DNA from: Longimicrobiales bacterium
GTDB taxonomy: Bacteria > Gemmatimonadota > Gemmatimonadetes > Longimicrobiales > Gaopeijiaceae
Length of the DNA: 64,000 nucleotides
Direction of reading: 5' to 3'
Assembly (NCBI GenBank): GCA_965202805.1
Contig: OZ241869.1
Coordinates: 320,001 to 384,000, forward strand
Below are positions 1-11,688 of this stretch, in pieces. The notes below the pieces were generated by a model. It made no database searches. It had not been told where the DNA came from and saw only the letters and a list, made by a program, of their open reading frames with translations. The translations under genes were made by a program, and so were the position numbers. Each line of letters starts with the position of its first letter. Position 1 is the first letter of the stretch.

Positions 1-1039
1 CGGGGGACCACTCGGGCCGGAGCGCCGCGCCCACCTCCGGGTCCGCCAGCACCTTCGGCTCGCCGCCGTCGGCCGACACCACCCGCAGCGAGTGGACGCC
101 GTCCCGGTTCTCGGTGTAGCTGATCCAGCGGCCGTCCGGGGACCAGCGCGCGTCGCTCTGGTCGTGGTCGGATGCCGCGATGGGACGCGGCTCGCCGCCG
201 GCGCGGGGCACGAGCCAGAAGTTCAACCAGCCGCTCCGCTGGGAGCGGAAGAGGATGGTCTCGCCGTCCGGTGAGACCTGTGCGGCGCCGAAGGCCCGTC
301 CGGCGCGGTAGTCGAAAAAGCCGGTGTCCCGCACGACGGTGCGCGGGTTGCTCCCGTCGGGACCGATCTCGATGACGTCGTGGTCGACCCAGCGGTCGTC
401 CATGCGCACGTAGAGCAGCCGGTCGCCGTCGGGGGTCCAGCTGGGATAGCCCTCGTAGAGGGGATCGCCGGTCAGGCGGCGCACCTTCCCGTCCGGCACC
501 GAGACCGTCCAGATGTCCATGCTGCCGAAGCGGTCGCCCGAGAAGGCGATCCACCGGCTGTCCGGCGACCACGCTAGGCCGTTGGCGCGCGCGGCCAGCC
601 CGGTGAGCCGCACGTCGGCGGCGACCCGCATGCCGTTCCCTTCCTCGGCGGACCAGAGCCAGATTTCCGGCGCACCGCTCTTGTCGGAGGTGTAGGCGAT
701 CCAGCGGCCGTCGGGTGACCACACCGGCTGTGGCGCGCCGAGCGAACCCACCCCGCTCAGGCTCAGGTCGTCGGTGAGCGTCCGGAAGGCGCCGTCCCCG
801 GTGTCGACGGCCCCCAGCCCACCCCCCGACACGAAGGTGATCATCGACCCGTCGGGAGCCCACTGGGGCGAGCGGCTGCCCCCGACCGCCGCCCGCAGGT
901 CGACCAGCGCCTCCGCGCTGACGGGGCCCTCGTCCATCGAACCCGCCGCGCCGCCCTCCGCCGCGGGCGCCTCCCGGGTGCAGCCCCACCCCGTCCAAAC
1001 CGTCAGGATCGCCGCCGAAACCACCGTCAACCGTCTCAT
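1..1039 (-). CDS. TolB/PD40 beta-propeller lipoprotein, probably the N-terminal part of an S9 family peptidase (runs off the window edge)
   Basis: Not in ORF track; translated by hand: MRRLTVVSAAILTVWTGWGC (lipobox-like) followed by repeated WSPDGRWIAY / WSPDSRWIAF / WTPDGDRLLY / WSPDGRWISY blades. Confidence 0.8.
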   Translation of the reverse strand, partial: MRRLTVVSAAILTVWTGWGCTREAPAAEGGAAGSMDEGPVSAEALVDLRAAVGGSRSPQWAPDGSMITFVSGGGLGAVDTGDGAFRTLTDDLSLSGVGSLGAPQPVWSPDGRWIAYTSDKSGAPEIWLWSAEEGNGMRVAADVRLTGLAARANGLAWSPDSRWIAFSGDRFGSMDIWTVSVPDGKVRRLTGDPLYEGYPSWTPDGDRLLYVRMDDRWVDHDVIEIGPDGSNPRTVVRDTGFFDYRAGRAFGAAQVSPDGETILFRSQRSGWLNFWLVPRAGGEPRPIAASDHDQSDARWSPDGRWISYTENRDGVHSLRVVSADGGEPKVLADPEVGAALRPEWSP

Positions 1040-1110
1040 CTCTGCATCCTCATGTCCAAGTGCGACGCGGCAGCGAGCGCAGCCCGACCGGCTCCTGGCC
1101 CGCCCCGCCC

Positions 1111-1935
1111 CTAGTCCGCCCCGCCCGCGGCCGCGCCGACAGGCGACAGCGCCCGTCCCCGCAGCAGCGCTTCCGTTTCCGTGATCCGCGGCTCGCCTCC
1201 CCCCGTGACCTCGATCACCGAGTGGGGCGGCACGGCTTCCCATTTCCCACTCTCGTCCAGCCGCTCCGAGGCGATCAGCGTGCCCCCGGGAGCGAGCGGA
1301 TGCCGGCGGGCGACGTACAGCGAGTTGGTCTCGTCGAAGTTCGAGGTGCGGATCACGGCGAGATTCCGTCCGTCGGCCAGGATCATGTTGAGCTTGCAGC
1401 GCACGTCCAGCGAGCACGCGCGCTCCGCGGCCCGCGCCAGCGCCGTTCCGGGCGATGCCCCTTTCCAGACCTCCGCGACCGCGAGCAGGAAGAGGGTCTC
1501 GGTGTCGGATGTCCCCCGGATCTGCGTGTAGAGTTCGTCCGGCAATGTCGAGCGCAACGGGCGCATCGCGTGCGTGTGGAACTTGCGCACGTAGCCGTTC
1601 AGACCGAAGGACCACCGCTCGAACACGAACGGGGCCACCTCTCCCCGGTCCAGGGGAATGCCCGGGCTCGCGCTCCGCACGAGGGCCAGCGAGCACGTCG
1701 AACGCACGGAGGAGAGCACGTCCTCAAGGTCCGGGTCGTGCCAGATGGGACGAGCTTCCCGAATCCGCACCGGGCGCCCCTGGTGATACCAGCCTACGCC
1801 ATACCCGTCGGCGTTGTGGACCCCGTGGCCCATCTCCCTGGCGTCGTAGCTCTGCCGGACGAGGGTGTGGCTTCCCCCGAACACGATCGGGCGGACGGGC
1901 GTCTCTTCGCCGGAATAGCATACGAATCGGCACAA
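1111..1935 (-). CDS. Class II glutamine amidotransferase, EgtC-like Ntn hydrolase
   Basis: TTG start gives MCRFVCY (Cys2 nucleophile); NADGYGVGWY, GTSDTE and IASERLD motifs. Confidence 0.8.
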   Translation of the reverse strand: MCRFVCYSGEETPVRPIVFGGSHTLVRQSYDAREMGHGVHNADGYGVGWYHQGRPVRIREARPIWHDPDLEDVLSSVRSTCSLALVRSASPGIPLDRGEVAPFVFERWSFGLNGYVRKFHTHAMRPLRSTLPDELYTQIRGTSDTETLFLLAVAEVWKGASPGTALARAAERACSLDVRCKLNMILADGRNLAVIRTSNFDETNSLYVARRHPLAPGGTLIASERLDESGKWEAVPPHSVIEVTGGGEPRITETEALLRGRALSPVGAAAGGAD

Positions 1936-2015
1936 GGTCCTTTTCTCTCCCTGGGAGGATGATCGGCTGGCGTCTTCGGAGATGAAGTTTTTGCCGGGGA
2001 TGTGGCGCGTGCAAC

Positions 2016-3041
2016 TCAGCGGGGGGGCGCGGCGCCCCGCGCGCGCTCCGGGTCGAGGATCTCGGCCAACAGACTCGCGTCTACATTCCCGCCGGAGACG
2101 ATGACCCCGGCAGGGCCTCCGCCCAGGTCGGGAATGCGTCCGCACAGGAGCGCGGCCACCCCCGCCGCCCCCGCGGGCTCCACCACCATTTTGGTGGTCT
2201 CGGCCAACGCGCGCACGGCGGCGGTGATCCGGGCGTCGCTCACCCGCACGACATCGTCCACCAGGGCGCGCACATGCCGGTATGTGATTTCGCCCGCCAT
2301 GGGTGGGGCGAGTCCGTCCGCGACGGAGCCGACGCGCTCCAGACGGGCCGCCCTCCCGATGCGCAGGCTCTCGGACATGGCGGCGGCGCCGCGCGGCTCC
2401 ACGCCGTAGATGCGCACTTCCGGCCGCAGGCGCTTCACCGCCGCCGCCACCCCCGCGATCAGGCCGCCCCCACCCACCGGCACCACCAGCACCTCCAGGT
2501 CCGCAGCCTGCTCGGCAAGCTCGAGCCCGGTGGTGCCGTGGCCGGCGATGACGGCGGTGTCGTCGAACGGGTGGGTGAAGAGCATCCCCCGGTCGCGCGC
2601 CAGCGACTCCGCCAGCGCGAAGGCCTGATGCACGTCGTCGGCGGTCACCACCTCCGCGCCGTAGCCGGCGCTCGCCCGCGCCTTGGTCTCGGAGGCGCCC
2701 GCGGGCATGACCACCGCGCACGGCACATCCACGCATCCCGCCGCCCACGCCAGCGCCTGCGCGTGGTTCCCGGCCGACACCGTGACCACCCCGCGACGGG
2801 CCGCCTCACCGGCGACCAGCACCTTGTTGAGCGCCCCGCGCACCTTGAAGGAGCCGGTCTTCTGCAGGCTCTCCATCTTGAGCCGAAGCGGGACGCGCGC
2901 CTGGTGGCTCAAGCGCCGGGAGGACAGCACCGGAGTCCGGTGCAGCCGGGCGCCGATGCGGGCACGGGCTTCCTGGACGGCGTCCAGCGTTACGAGCGGT
3001 TCGATTCCGGAGTTCCGGGGAGCAGAGGGCACGGGTGACAA
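2016..3041 (-). CDS. PLP-dependent threonine/serine ammonia-lyase (short form without ACT domain)
   Basis: KMESLQKTGSFKVRGA, SAGNHAQ, VPVGGGGL, VVEPAGAAG, SGGNVD. Confidence 0.9.
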   Translation of the reverse strand: MSPVPSAPRNSGIEPLVTLDAVQEARARIGARLHRTPVLSSRRLSHQARVPLRLKMESLQKTGSFKVRGALNKVLVAGEAARRGVVTVSAGNHAQALAWAAGCVDVPCAVVMPAGASETKARASAGYGAEVVTADDVHQAFALAESLARDRGMLFTHPFDDTAVIAGHGTTGLELAEQAADLEVLVVPVGGGGLIAGVAAAVKRLRPEVRIYGVEPRGAAAMSESLRIGRAARLERVGSVADGLAPPMAGEITYRHVRALVDDVVRVSDARITAAVRALAETTKMVVEPAGAAGVAALLCGRIPDLGGGPAGVIVSGGNVDASLLAEILDPERARGAAPPR

Positions 3042-3042
3042 G

Positions 3043-3076
3043 TTACTGACAATATGGTGTCATTTACTGACAATAT
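3043..3076. repeat. 13-bp direct repeat TTACTGACAATAT x2 with 21-bp period; candidate operator
   Basis: Copies at 3043-3055 and 3064-3076; embedded TGACA-N6-TGTCA palindrome at 3047-3062; AT-rich patch between divergent genes. Confidence 0.65.
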
Positions 3077-3353
3077 CCTTCCCGGGCAAAACCCGAGCCG
3101 CGGACGGGGAAGGCCGACGCGCCGGCCGGGGACAGGCGCGATGATCGGGGATGATGCGGCACGTCCGGGGCGCGCGCCAGTAAGCGAAAGACCACCTGTC
3201 CGAGCCTCGGTGGGAACAACCGTCGCCTGGCGGGATACTTGCGGCGCACGCCTCGACGCGGCCGGGCGCCACGCCGGGATCGCGGGCCGCGATTCCGCGC
3301 GCTCCTCCAAACTGGCTTCCTCGGAGCGAGATCCGCACCACGGAGCCCCAGTC

Positions 3354-5636
3354 ATGCCGACCCCCTCGCAGCACCCGCCGATCCCGCGACGTCCGGCGGT
3401 GCCACGACCCCCGCTGCCGCGACGACTCCCGCTCGTCCTTGCGCTGACGTGGCTCGCGCTCGACCCGACGGCGCAGGCGGCCGAGGCCCAGGGTCTGTAT
3501 GTGAACCCCGGATCACCCCTCGAGGCCGGGCTGGTGCAGCGCGTGTTCATCGGGCCGCACTTCACGGACGCGTTCGCGGGCAGTCTCCTGCCGACCGGCC
3601 GGGACCACGACCCGTGGACCCCGTTCGCCTTCCCCTATGGCCTCGAGCCTCCCTCGCGTGGCGATTCGACGGGTACCGAAGCGACGCTCTTCGGGGGTGG
3701 ACGGGCGCTCGCGGGCGGACGGTTCCGGCATGCCGGCCGGGTTGAGGGCGGTGCGCTCTTCGAGGCGGCCGGCCACTACCTGCGCGGGACCGACTGGCCG
3801 TCCGTGGACCCGGTCGACGAGCGGCTGCGCGCGGGCAGTGCGTTTCTCCCGGCGCGCGACGACCAGCTGGAGCGATGGGGCACCGGGGTCCGCTACGACC
3901 CGCGTCCGGACGACCCCGACGGCTGGGTCTTCGAGGGTGGCCTGGACCGCCTGCGCGGCAACCAGCTCACCGAACTCGGCGCCGCACATGCACGCGGCTG
4001 GACCCGCTGGCACGGGCAGGCGCGCTACCGTCGGAGCCGCCTTTCGGCCGACGCCCTGGTGCGCGGGCGCGGGGCGGGTGAGGCCGTGTTCTACCGCACC
4101 GCCCGGGCCATCGAGGACCGGTCGCTGTTCTTCGCCGGCCGGATCGGCCATTCGGCCCGCCTCGCCGGCCGGCACAACCTGCGGTACGGCCTGGATGTCC
4201 GCGGCGTGCGCCCCTCCACGGGCGGCACGGTGACGGGGGTCCATGAGGACGCGGACGACATCCTGGTTGCCGGAAGCTACCTGGACTCCTCCACCCGCAT
4301 CTTCGATCGACTGTACCTCGCCACGGGCCTGCAACTCGAACGACACTCCCGCGTCGACGGCCCAGGCCTCTCCTCGGTCGCAAGCCTGATCTTCCAGCCT
4401 GCGGACGGACAAGGCGTTTTCTTCAACGCCGCGCGCACCGCAATCATGCCTTCCACGGACCACCTCCTCCTGGATGTCCGCGCGGGGAGAATGACGGCCG
4501 GCGTGCTCATCTACGACATCGTGGCGCGCGGCGTCCCCCGGGGCGGCTTCACCTTCAACGACCGCTGCCCCGGAGGCTACCGGGATCTCTGCATGCGCTC
4601 ACCGCTGGCTCCGGGCGAGAAGCTGCCGGCGGATCCGGCGGTGCTCTGGAATACGCTGGTCGAGATCGCGGCGGCCAGCGATCCTCTCGCGCTCGGGCCC
4701 CTGCGGCCGTTCTTCAGAAACCCGGAGCCGGGTGAACTCCAGCCCCAACTTCTCCTGTTCAACCAGAAGGAGTGGGCAGCCGGACGGCCTCCGTTCCTGG
4801 GGGAGAGCGTACTGGGTCGTCCTGTAGGCGCCGATCCGATCGATCCGCTGCAGTCCACCATCATCAGCTCGCTCTCTCTCCAGTATCGGATCGAGGCCGA
4901 AGGCCGGGGGCGCATCTCGGCGCAGATCGGACACTCCTCCGTCGACAACTTCATCGGCCCGCTCCGGGTCGAGACTCCGACCGTCTTCTTCGACCGCGCA
5001 TCCGCCCGCGCGTTCATCGAGAAGCGCGTGGAGCCGATGGTCAGATCGGGCATCGTCTTCCCCGAGTTGCGGGACCTGCTGATTCACGACCTCACCAACC
5101 TCGTCTCGCAGCTCCCGGTCGGCACGATCATGCCGGACCAGGTCACGACCCCGGGGCTGCTGCTCACCTATCGCAACTACGGCAGGGTGGACTTCCTGAC
5201 CGCCGCTCTCTCAGCGAAGGTGTGGCTGACGCCCGCGCTCTCTCTCGAAGGCGCGTACGTGCATGTCAGCGAGCAGTGCTTCGACTTCACGGAGGGTGCC
5301 GCGACGGACTGCTCGGATCTGGAGGACATCTCTCTCAACCTGCCGAAGACGCGAAGCCGCTTCTCGGTCCGCTACCAGGCCCCGGACTCCGGCTTTTCCG
5401 CCGAAGCGCGCATGAGGCGCCAGCGCGGTTTCTACGCCAACGCCGGAGTCCATGCCGGAGAGGTGGAAGGGTACACGGTGCTCGATGCCCAGGTGCGATT
5501 CCCGCTGCCGGCTCTTCCCCGCGCCAGCGCCGCGCTTGCCGCCAGCAACTTCCTCGACGACCGCCACCAGGAGTTCATCGGCGCGCCCGAAATCGGTCGG
5601 CTGGTCGTGGCCAGCCTCACCTATGCCTTCCGTTGA
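3354..5636 (+). CDS. TonB-dependent-receptor-like outer-membrane beta-barrel with short or degenerate plug
   Basis: Signal-like LPLVLALTWLALDPTAQA; amphipathic strands; TBDR-type C-terminus NFLDDRHQEFIGAPEIGRLVVASLTYAFR; start codon uncertain. Confidence 0.7.
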   Translation: MPTPSQHPPIPRRPAVPRPPLPRRLPLVLALTWLALDPTAQAAEAQGLYVNPGSPLEAGLVQRVFIGPHFTDAFAGSLLPTGRDHDPWTPFAFPYGLEPPSRGDSTGTEATLFGGGRALAGGRFRHAGRVEGGALFEAAGHYLRGTDWPSVDPVDERLRAGSAFLPARDDQLERWGTGVRYDPRPDDPDGWVFEGGLDRLRGNQLTELGAAHARGWTRWHGQARYRRSRLSADALVRGRGAGEAVFYRTARAIEDRSLFFAGRIGHSARLAGRHNLRYGLDVRGVRPSTGGTVTGVHEDADDILVAGSYLDSSTRIFDRLYLATGLQLERHSRVDGPGLSSVASLIFQPADGQGVFFNAARTAIMPSTDHLLLDVRAGRMTAGVLIYDIVARGVPRGGFTFNDRCPGGYRDLCMRSPLAPGEKLPADPAVLWNTLVEIAAASDPLALGPLRPFFRNPEPGELQPQLLLFNQKEWAAGRPPFLGESVLGRPVGADPIDPLQSTIISSLSLQYRIEAEGRGRISAQIGHSSVDNFIGPLRVETPTVFFDRASARAFIEKRVEPMVRSGIVFPELRDLLIHDLTNLVSQLPVGTIMPDQVTTPGLLLTYRNYGRVDFLTAALSAKVWLTPALSLEGAYVHVSEQCFDFTEGAATDCSDLEDISLNLPKTRSRFSVRYQAPDSGFSAEARMRRQRGFYANAGVHAGEVEGYTVLDAQVRFPLPALPRASAALAASNFLDDRHQEFIGAPEIGRLVVASLTYAFR

Positions 5637-5717
5637 GTGTGCGCCCGTGGTAACGTTGGCGCGCAGGTGGAAGCGGGATCCGACCTGCTGTGAGCCACAC
5701 CCCGGGGAGATCCGGCC

Positions 5718-6173
5718 TTGAGCGATTTCACCACGTTGAGATGCGCGTTCTGCCGCTCTCTGAACCGCTTCAGTCTCGCGGAGGCGCGTACCGGACCCAG
5801 GTGCGAGAGCTGCTCGCGGCCGATTCTCATCGATCGGCCCGTCAAGGTCGAGGCCGAGGACTTCGAGGCCACCGTGCTCGGGGCCGGCGTGCCTGTGCTC
5901 GTGGACTTCTACGCGGACTGGTGCGGCCCCTGCAAGCTGGTCGTTCCCCTTCTGGACGAGATCGCGGCGGCGGAGCGGGGGAGGCTCCTGGTGGTGAAGA
6001 TCGACAGCGACCGCTCGGTCGAGCAGTGTCAGCGCTACGCCATCCGCAGCGTGCCGACGATTCTGCTGTTCCGGGACGGCGAGGAGGTCGGCCGCAGCCT
6101 CGGCTTCGAGCCGGAGGTCATTCGCGGGTTCGTCGCCGACGCAGTGGGCGCCGAGGCCGGCGCGCAGGACTAA
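5718..6173 (+). CDS. trxC: Thioredoxin 2 (zinc-finger thioredoxin)
   Basis: N-terminal CAFC...CESC Zn motifs and VDFYADWCGPC active site. Confidence 0.88.
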   Translation: MSDFTTLRCAFCRSLNRFSLAEARTGPRCESCSRPILIDRPVKVEAEDFEATVLGAGVPVLVDFYADWCGPCKLVVPLLDEIAAAERGRLLVVKIDSDRSVEQCQRYAIRSVPTILLFRDGEEVGRSLGFEPEVIRGFVADAVGAEAGAQD

Positions 6174-6201
6174 TCCACGGACTGCAAGCAAGAGACACAC
6201 C

Positions 6202-7412
<1,211 letters not shown>

Positions 7413-7416
<4 letters not shown>

Positions 7417-8828
7417 CCGACCCCGGAGAAGCAGGAACCGGCACTTCGGGTCACGGGCTCTGGGGGGGACGGTTCTCCGAGGAGATGGCGCCCGAGATGG
7501 CGTCCCTCAACCGCTCGCTGGACGTGGATTTCCGCTTCTGGCCCCAGGACGTGCGCGCCAGTCGGACCTGGGCGCGGGCGCTTCTGCGGGCGGGAGTTCT
7601 CACCCACGCGGAATGGCAGGACATCGATGGCGGCCTGAAGTCGGTGGCCTCCCGCCTCGAGGGGATGGATCCCGCCACGGTGGAGGACGAAGACATCCAC
7701 TCCCTGGTGGAGCGGCTGCTCGTCGAGGAGGTGGGCGAGGCGGGCGCGAAGCTGCACACGGGCCGTTCGCGCAACGATCAGGCGGCCACCGACGTGCGTT
7801 TGTGGGGCATGGACGCGGTGGCTTCTCTCGACGGCCGGGTAGTCCGGCTGGGCAGTGCCCTGGTCGAGCTCGCCGCCGGGTCGCGGGAGCTGGTGATGCC
7901 GGGGTACACCCACCTGCAGCGGGCGCAGCCGGTGCGCGCCGCCCACTGGGCGCTCTCGCACGTCTGGCCGCTGGTGCGCGACCGGGCCCGCCTGCGCTCG
8001 GCCGCCGAGGAGGCCGCCGTGCTGCCGCTGGGCGCGGGGGCCATCGGCGGGTGTCCGTTCGCTGTCGACCGCGCGGCGATGGCCCGCGAGCTGGGCTTCC
8101 ATGCCGTGACGCCCAACAGCATGGACGCGGTGGGCGACCGCGACTGGATCGCCTCCGTCCTCTTCGCGGGGGCGATGATCGGGGTGCACCTCTCGCGGCT
8201 GTGCGAGGATCTCGTGCTCTTCGCCTCCGAGGAGTTCGGGTTCCTGAGGCTCTCCGACGGCTACTGCACAGGCTCGAGCCTGATGCCGCAGAAGAAGAAC
8301 CCCGACGTGGCCGAACTCGCCCGCGGCAAGAGCGGACGCCTGGTGGGCAACCTGGTTTCCATGATGATCCAGCTGAAGGGCCTGCCGACCGGCTATAACC
8401 GCGATCTCCAGGACGACAAGGCCGCCCTCTACGACACGGTCGACACCCTGGAACTCACCCTGCCGGCGGTGGCGGGGGCGATCGGCGGGGCGGCCTTTCG
8501 GCCCGCGCGCATGCAGGCCGCGCTGGACCCCGGCCTCCTGGCGACCGACCTGGCCGACTACCTGGTCAGGAAGGGCGTGCCCTTCCGCACCAGCCACGAG
8601 GTGGTGGGGCGGGTGGTGCGCCGCGCCGAGGCGCTGGGCTGCTCGATCGCGGAGCTGTCCACCGACGTGCTCGCGGAGGAACACCCGGCTTTCGGTCCCG
8701 AAGTGACGGAAGTCTTCGACCCGGTCCGATCCGCGGATGCGCGCGTGGTAAGCGGAAGTACGGGGCGCGAGGCCGTGGCCGCGCAGCTGGAGCAGGCGCG
8801 GGAGGCGCTCCAGGCGGGGTTCTGGTAG
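7413..8828 (+). CDS. argH: Argininosuccinate lyase
   Basis: TTG overlapping argG stop; LWGGRF, HTGRSRNDQ, MPGYTHLQRAQP, GSSLMPQKKNPD. Confidence 0.95.
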
Positions 8829-8832
8829 AGGC

Positions 8833-9855
8833 CTAAAGCCGAGCCAGCGTCCGCCCCGCGGCCTCCGCAAACGGGACCAGCTGCCCCATCATCCGCTCGA
8901 ACTCGCCGAAGTCGAGCGACTGGTCGCCGTCCGACCACGCGGATTCGGGATCGGGGTGTACTTCCACCAGGAGACCGTCCGCGCCGGCCGCGATGGCCGC
9001 GAAGGCCAGCGCCGCCACCAGGTCGCGCCGCCCGCCCGCGTGGCTGGGGTCGGCGATCACCGGCAGGTGGGTCTCCTTCTTCAGGACCGGTATGGCGGCC
9101 AGGTCGAAGGTGTTGCGGGTGATCGTCTCGAAGGTGCGGATGCCGCGCTCGCAGAGGATGACCTGGCTGTTCCCCTGCTGCATGATGTACTCCGCCGACA
9201 TCAGCAGATCCTTGATCGTGGCGGACATGCCCCTCTTGAGCAGGACCGGCCTCTGCACCCGGCCGACCTCGGTCAGGAGGTTGAAGTTCTGCATGTTGCG
9301 GGTGCCGATCTGGAGGACGTCGGCGTACCCCGCCACCATCTCCACCTGCCGGGTGTCCATGACCTCGGTCACGACCGGCAGTCCGTGGGTCTCGCGCACG
9401 TTCACCAGCAACTCCAGCCCGGGCTCGCCCATCCCCTGGAAGGAATAGGGTGAGGAGCGGGGCTTGAAGGCGCCGCCGCGGATCCCGTGCGCGCCTGCGG
9501 ACCGGACCCTCGCGGCGGTCTCGTGCAGCATGCCGCCGCCCTCCACCGAACAGGGCCCGGCGACGACCACCACACCGCGTCCCCCGACCTCCACCCCGCC
9601 CAGGGGAATCGTCGTCGGATCCGCCGCGAATTCCCGCGAGGCCAGCTTGTAGGGCTTCATGACCGGGTGCGCGGCCACCACCCCCGGGATCGAGAGCAGG
9701 GGCACGTGCTGGAGCCGCCCCTCGTCGCCGATGCACCCCACGACGGTCAGCGTCTCGCCCCGCGACACGTGCGTGCGCAACCCGAGCGATTCCACGCGTT
9801 CGCGGATGTGGTCGAGTTCCTCCTCGGTGATGCCCTTGCGGGTAACGAGAATCAT
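8833..9855 (-). CDS. aroF: DAHP synthase type I-beta with N-terminal ferredoxin-like regulatory domain
   Basis: [37 protein letters not shown]. Confidence 0.93.
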   Translation of the reverse strand: MILVTRKGITEEELDHIRERVESLGLRTHVSRGETLTVVGCIGDEGRLQHVPLLSIPGVVAAHPVMKPYKLASREFAADPTTIPLGGVEVGGRGVVVVAGPCSVEGGGMLHETAARVRSAGAHGIRGGAFKPRSSPYSFQGMGEPGLELLVNVRETHGLPVVTEVMDTRQVEMVAGYADVLQIGTRNMQNFNLLTEVGRVQRPVLLKRGMSATIKDLLMSAEYIMQQGNSQVILCERGIRTFETITRNTFDLAAIPVLKKETHLPVIADPSHAGGRRDLVAALAFAAIAAGADGLLVEVHPDPESAWSDGDQSLDFGEFERMMGQLVPFAEAAGRTLARL

Positions 9856-10033
9856 CTGCTTCTCCGATCTGAAGCCTGAGCGCGTGTCTGGGTGCCCGAG
9901 TGCCCCCGAACGAGGTTTCCGGGCGTCTGAATGCCTTTCCGCCTGTGTGCCGTCCGAATAGATTCCGGGCGCGTTCGGCGGCCCCCAATATAGCCAACCC
10001 GCCCGTCACGACAGCCCCTTTCACAACGATTCC

Positions 10034-10933
10034 ATGACGACGACCCGACCCTCGCTCGACGACCTCGACATCGACCTCGGCAAGCGCGCCCGCCTCCACC
10101 GGATCCTCTACCGCCACGGCCTCGGGAACGGCACCATGCTCGCCCTGCCCATCGACCAGGGGCTCGAGCACGGACCGGTCGACTTCTTTCCCAACCCGCC
10201 ATCGCAGGACCCCGGATTTCAGTGGCGGCTGGCGGTGGAGGGCGGCTTCAACGCCATCGCGTGCCACTACGGGCTCGCCCGAAAGTACATGCCGAAGTAT
10301 GCCGGCCAGGTGCCGCTCATCCTGAAGCTGAACGGCAAGACCAACATCCCGCCGGCGGACAGGGCGCTTTCGCCGCTGACCTCCACCGTCGAGGACGCGG
10401 TGCGCATCGGGGCCGACGCGGTCGGCTACACGCTCTACGTGGGCACGCCGCGGCAGGACGACGACTTCGCCCAGTTGCGCCGGGTGCGCCAGGACTCCGA
10501 GCGCTTCGGCATGCCGCTGGTTGTGTGGTCGTATCCGCGCGGCGAGGCCATCGACGCGAAGGGAGGCGCGAGCTCGCTCTACGCGGTCGACTACGCGGCG
10601 CGCACGGCCCTCGAGCTGGGCGCCGACATCGCCAAGCTGGTGATCCCGCCCGCGATCGGCCCCAACCCCGAGCAGCCGGGCGAGTATGCCGAGATCGTCC
10701 ACACCTACGCGGAGGGGGCGCGGCGGGTCTTCCGCTCGGCGGGCCGCACCATGGTGCTGGTGAGCGGCGGCAGCAAGCTCTCCGACGACGACATGCTGGA
10801 CAAGGTGAGGATCTCGATGGAGTCCGGGGCCACCGGGCTCATCTTCGGGCGCAACATGTGGCAGCGCCCCTTCGAGGAGGCGCTCGACATCGTGCGCCAG
10901 GTGAAGGAGATCCTGAGCCGGTTCCCGTCCTGA
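10034..10933 (+). CDS. Class I (DhnA-type) fructose-bisphosphate aldolase family protein
   Basis: LPIDQGLEHGP, ILKLNGKT, WSYPRG, ELGADIAK, IFGRNMWQRP. Confidence 0.88.
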   Translation: MTTTRPSLDDLDIDLGKRARLHRILYRHGLGNGTMLALPIDQGLEHGPVDFFPNPPSQDPGFQWRLAVEGGFNAIACHYGLARKYMPKYAGQVPLILKLNGKTNIPPADRALSPLTSTVEDAVRIGADAVGYTLYVGTPRQDDDFAQLRRVRQDSERFGMPLVVWSYPRGEAIDAKGGASSLYAVDYAARTALELGADIAKLVIPPAIGPNPEQPGEYAEIVHTYAEGARRVFRSAGRTMVLVSGGSKLSDDDMLDKVRISMESGATGLIFGRNMWQRPFEEALDIVRQVKEILSRFPS

Positions 10934-10957
10934 CGCACCAGGTCAGGCATCCGGAAC

Positions 10958-11665
10958 ATGCCCGCCGAGATCGACGCCCTGAAGCGGGCCGCCGCCGCCC
11001 GGGCGCTCGAGAGCGTCCGCGACGGGATGGTGCTGGGGCTTGGAACGGGCAGCACCATCCGCTTCTTCCTCGACCTTCTCGGGGAGCGCGTGCGCGCGGG
11101 AGAGGTGAAGGGCGTCGTGGGAGTGCCGACTTCCCGGCGTACGGCGGAGATCGCGCGCGGGCTGGGGATCCGGGTCTCGCGTCTGCGTTCGCAGCCGCGC
11201 CTGGACCTGACCGTCGACGGCGCGGACGAGGTCGATCCGCGGGGCGACCTGATCAAGGGGCTGGGGGGCGCGCTGCTGCGTGAGAAGATCGTGGCGCAGG
11301 CGTCCGACCGGTTCATCGTGATCGTGGATGAGAGCAAGGTCGTCGAGCGCCTGGGCACGCGCAGCCCGCTGCCGGTGGAAGTGACGCGCTTCGGCTCGTC
11401 GCGGCACCAGGCCTTCGTGGCGGCGCTCGGGGCGGAGGTCACGCTGCGCCGCACCGCCGACGGGAGCCGTTACGTTACGTCCAACGGCAACTACATTCTC
11501 GACGCTCGCTTTCCGGAGGGCATCGCTGATCCGGTGGCGCTGGACGGGGCCCTGCGCGCGCGGGCTGGCATCGTCGAGCACGGAATGTTCCTGGGGATGA
11601 CCACCGGGGCCCTGGTCGCGGCGTCCGGCGGCGTGCGCGCGATCGAGCCGGGCGGGACTGCCTGA
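10958..11665 (+). CDS. rpiA: Ribose-5-phosphate isomerase A
   Basis: [29 protein letters not shown]. Confidence 0.95.
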   Translation: MPAEIDALKRAAAARALESVRDGMVLGLGTGSTIRFFLDLLGERVRAGEVKGVVGVPTSRRTAEIARGLGIRVSRLRSQPRLDLTVDGADEVDPRGDLIKGLGGALLREKIVAQASDRFIVIVDESKVVERLGTRSPLPVEVTRFGSSRHQAFVAALGAEVTLRRTADGSRYVTSNGNYILDARFPEGIADPVALDGALRARAGIVEHGMFLGMTTGALVAASGGVRAIEPGGTA

Positions 11666-11688
11666 TACACGCGGAGGAGGTAGCCGGC

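Noticed and set aside
1111..1935. Ergothioneine biosynthesis cluster
   Set aside because: Only an EgtC-like gene is present; no egtB/egtD neighbours in the window.
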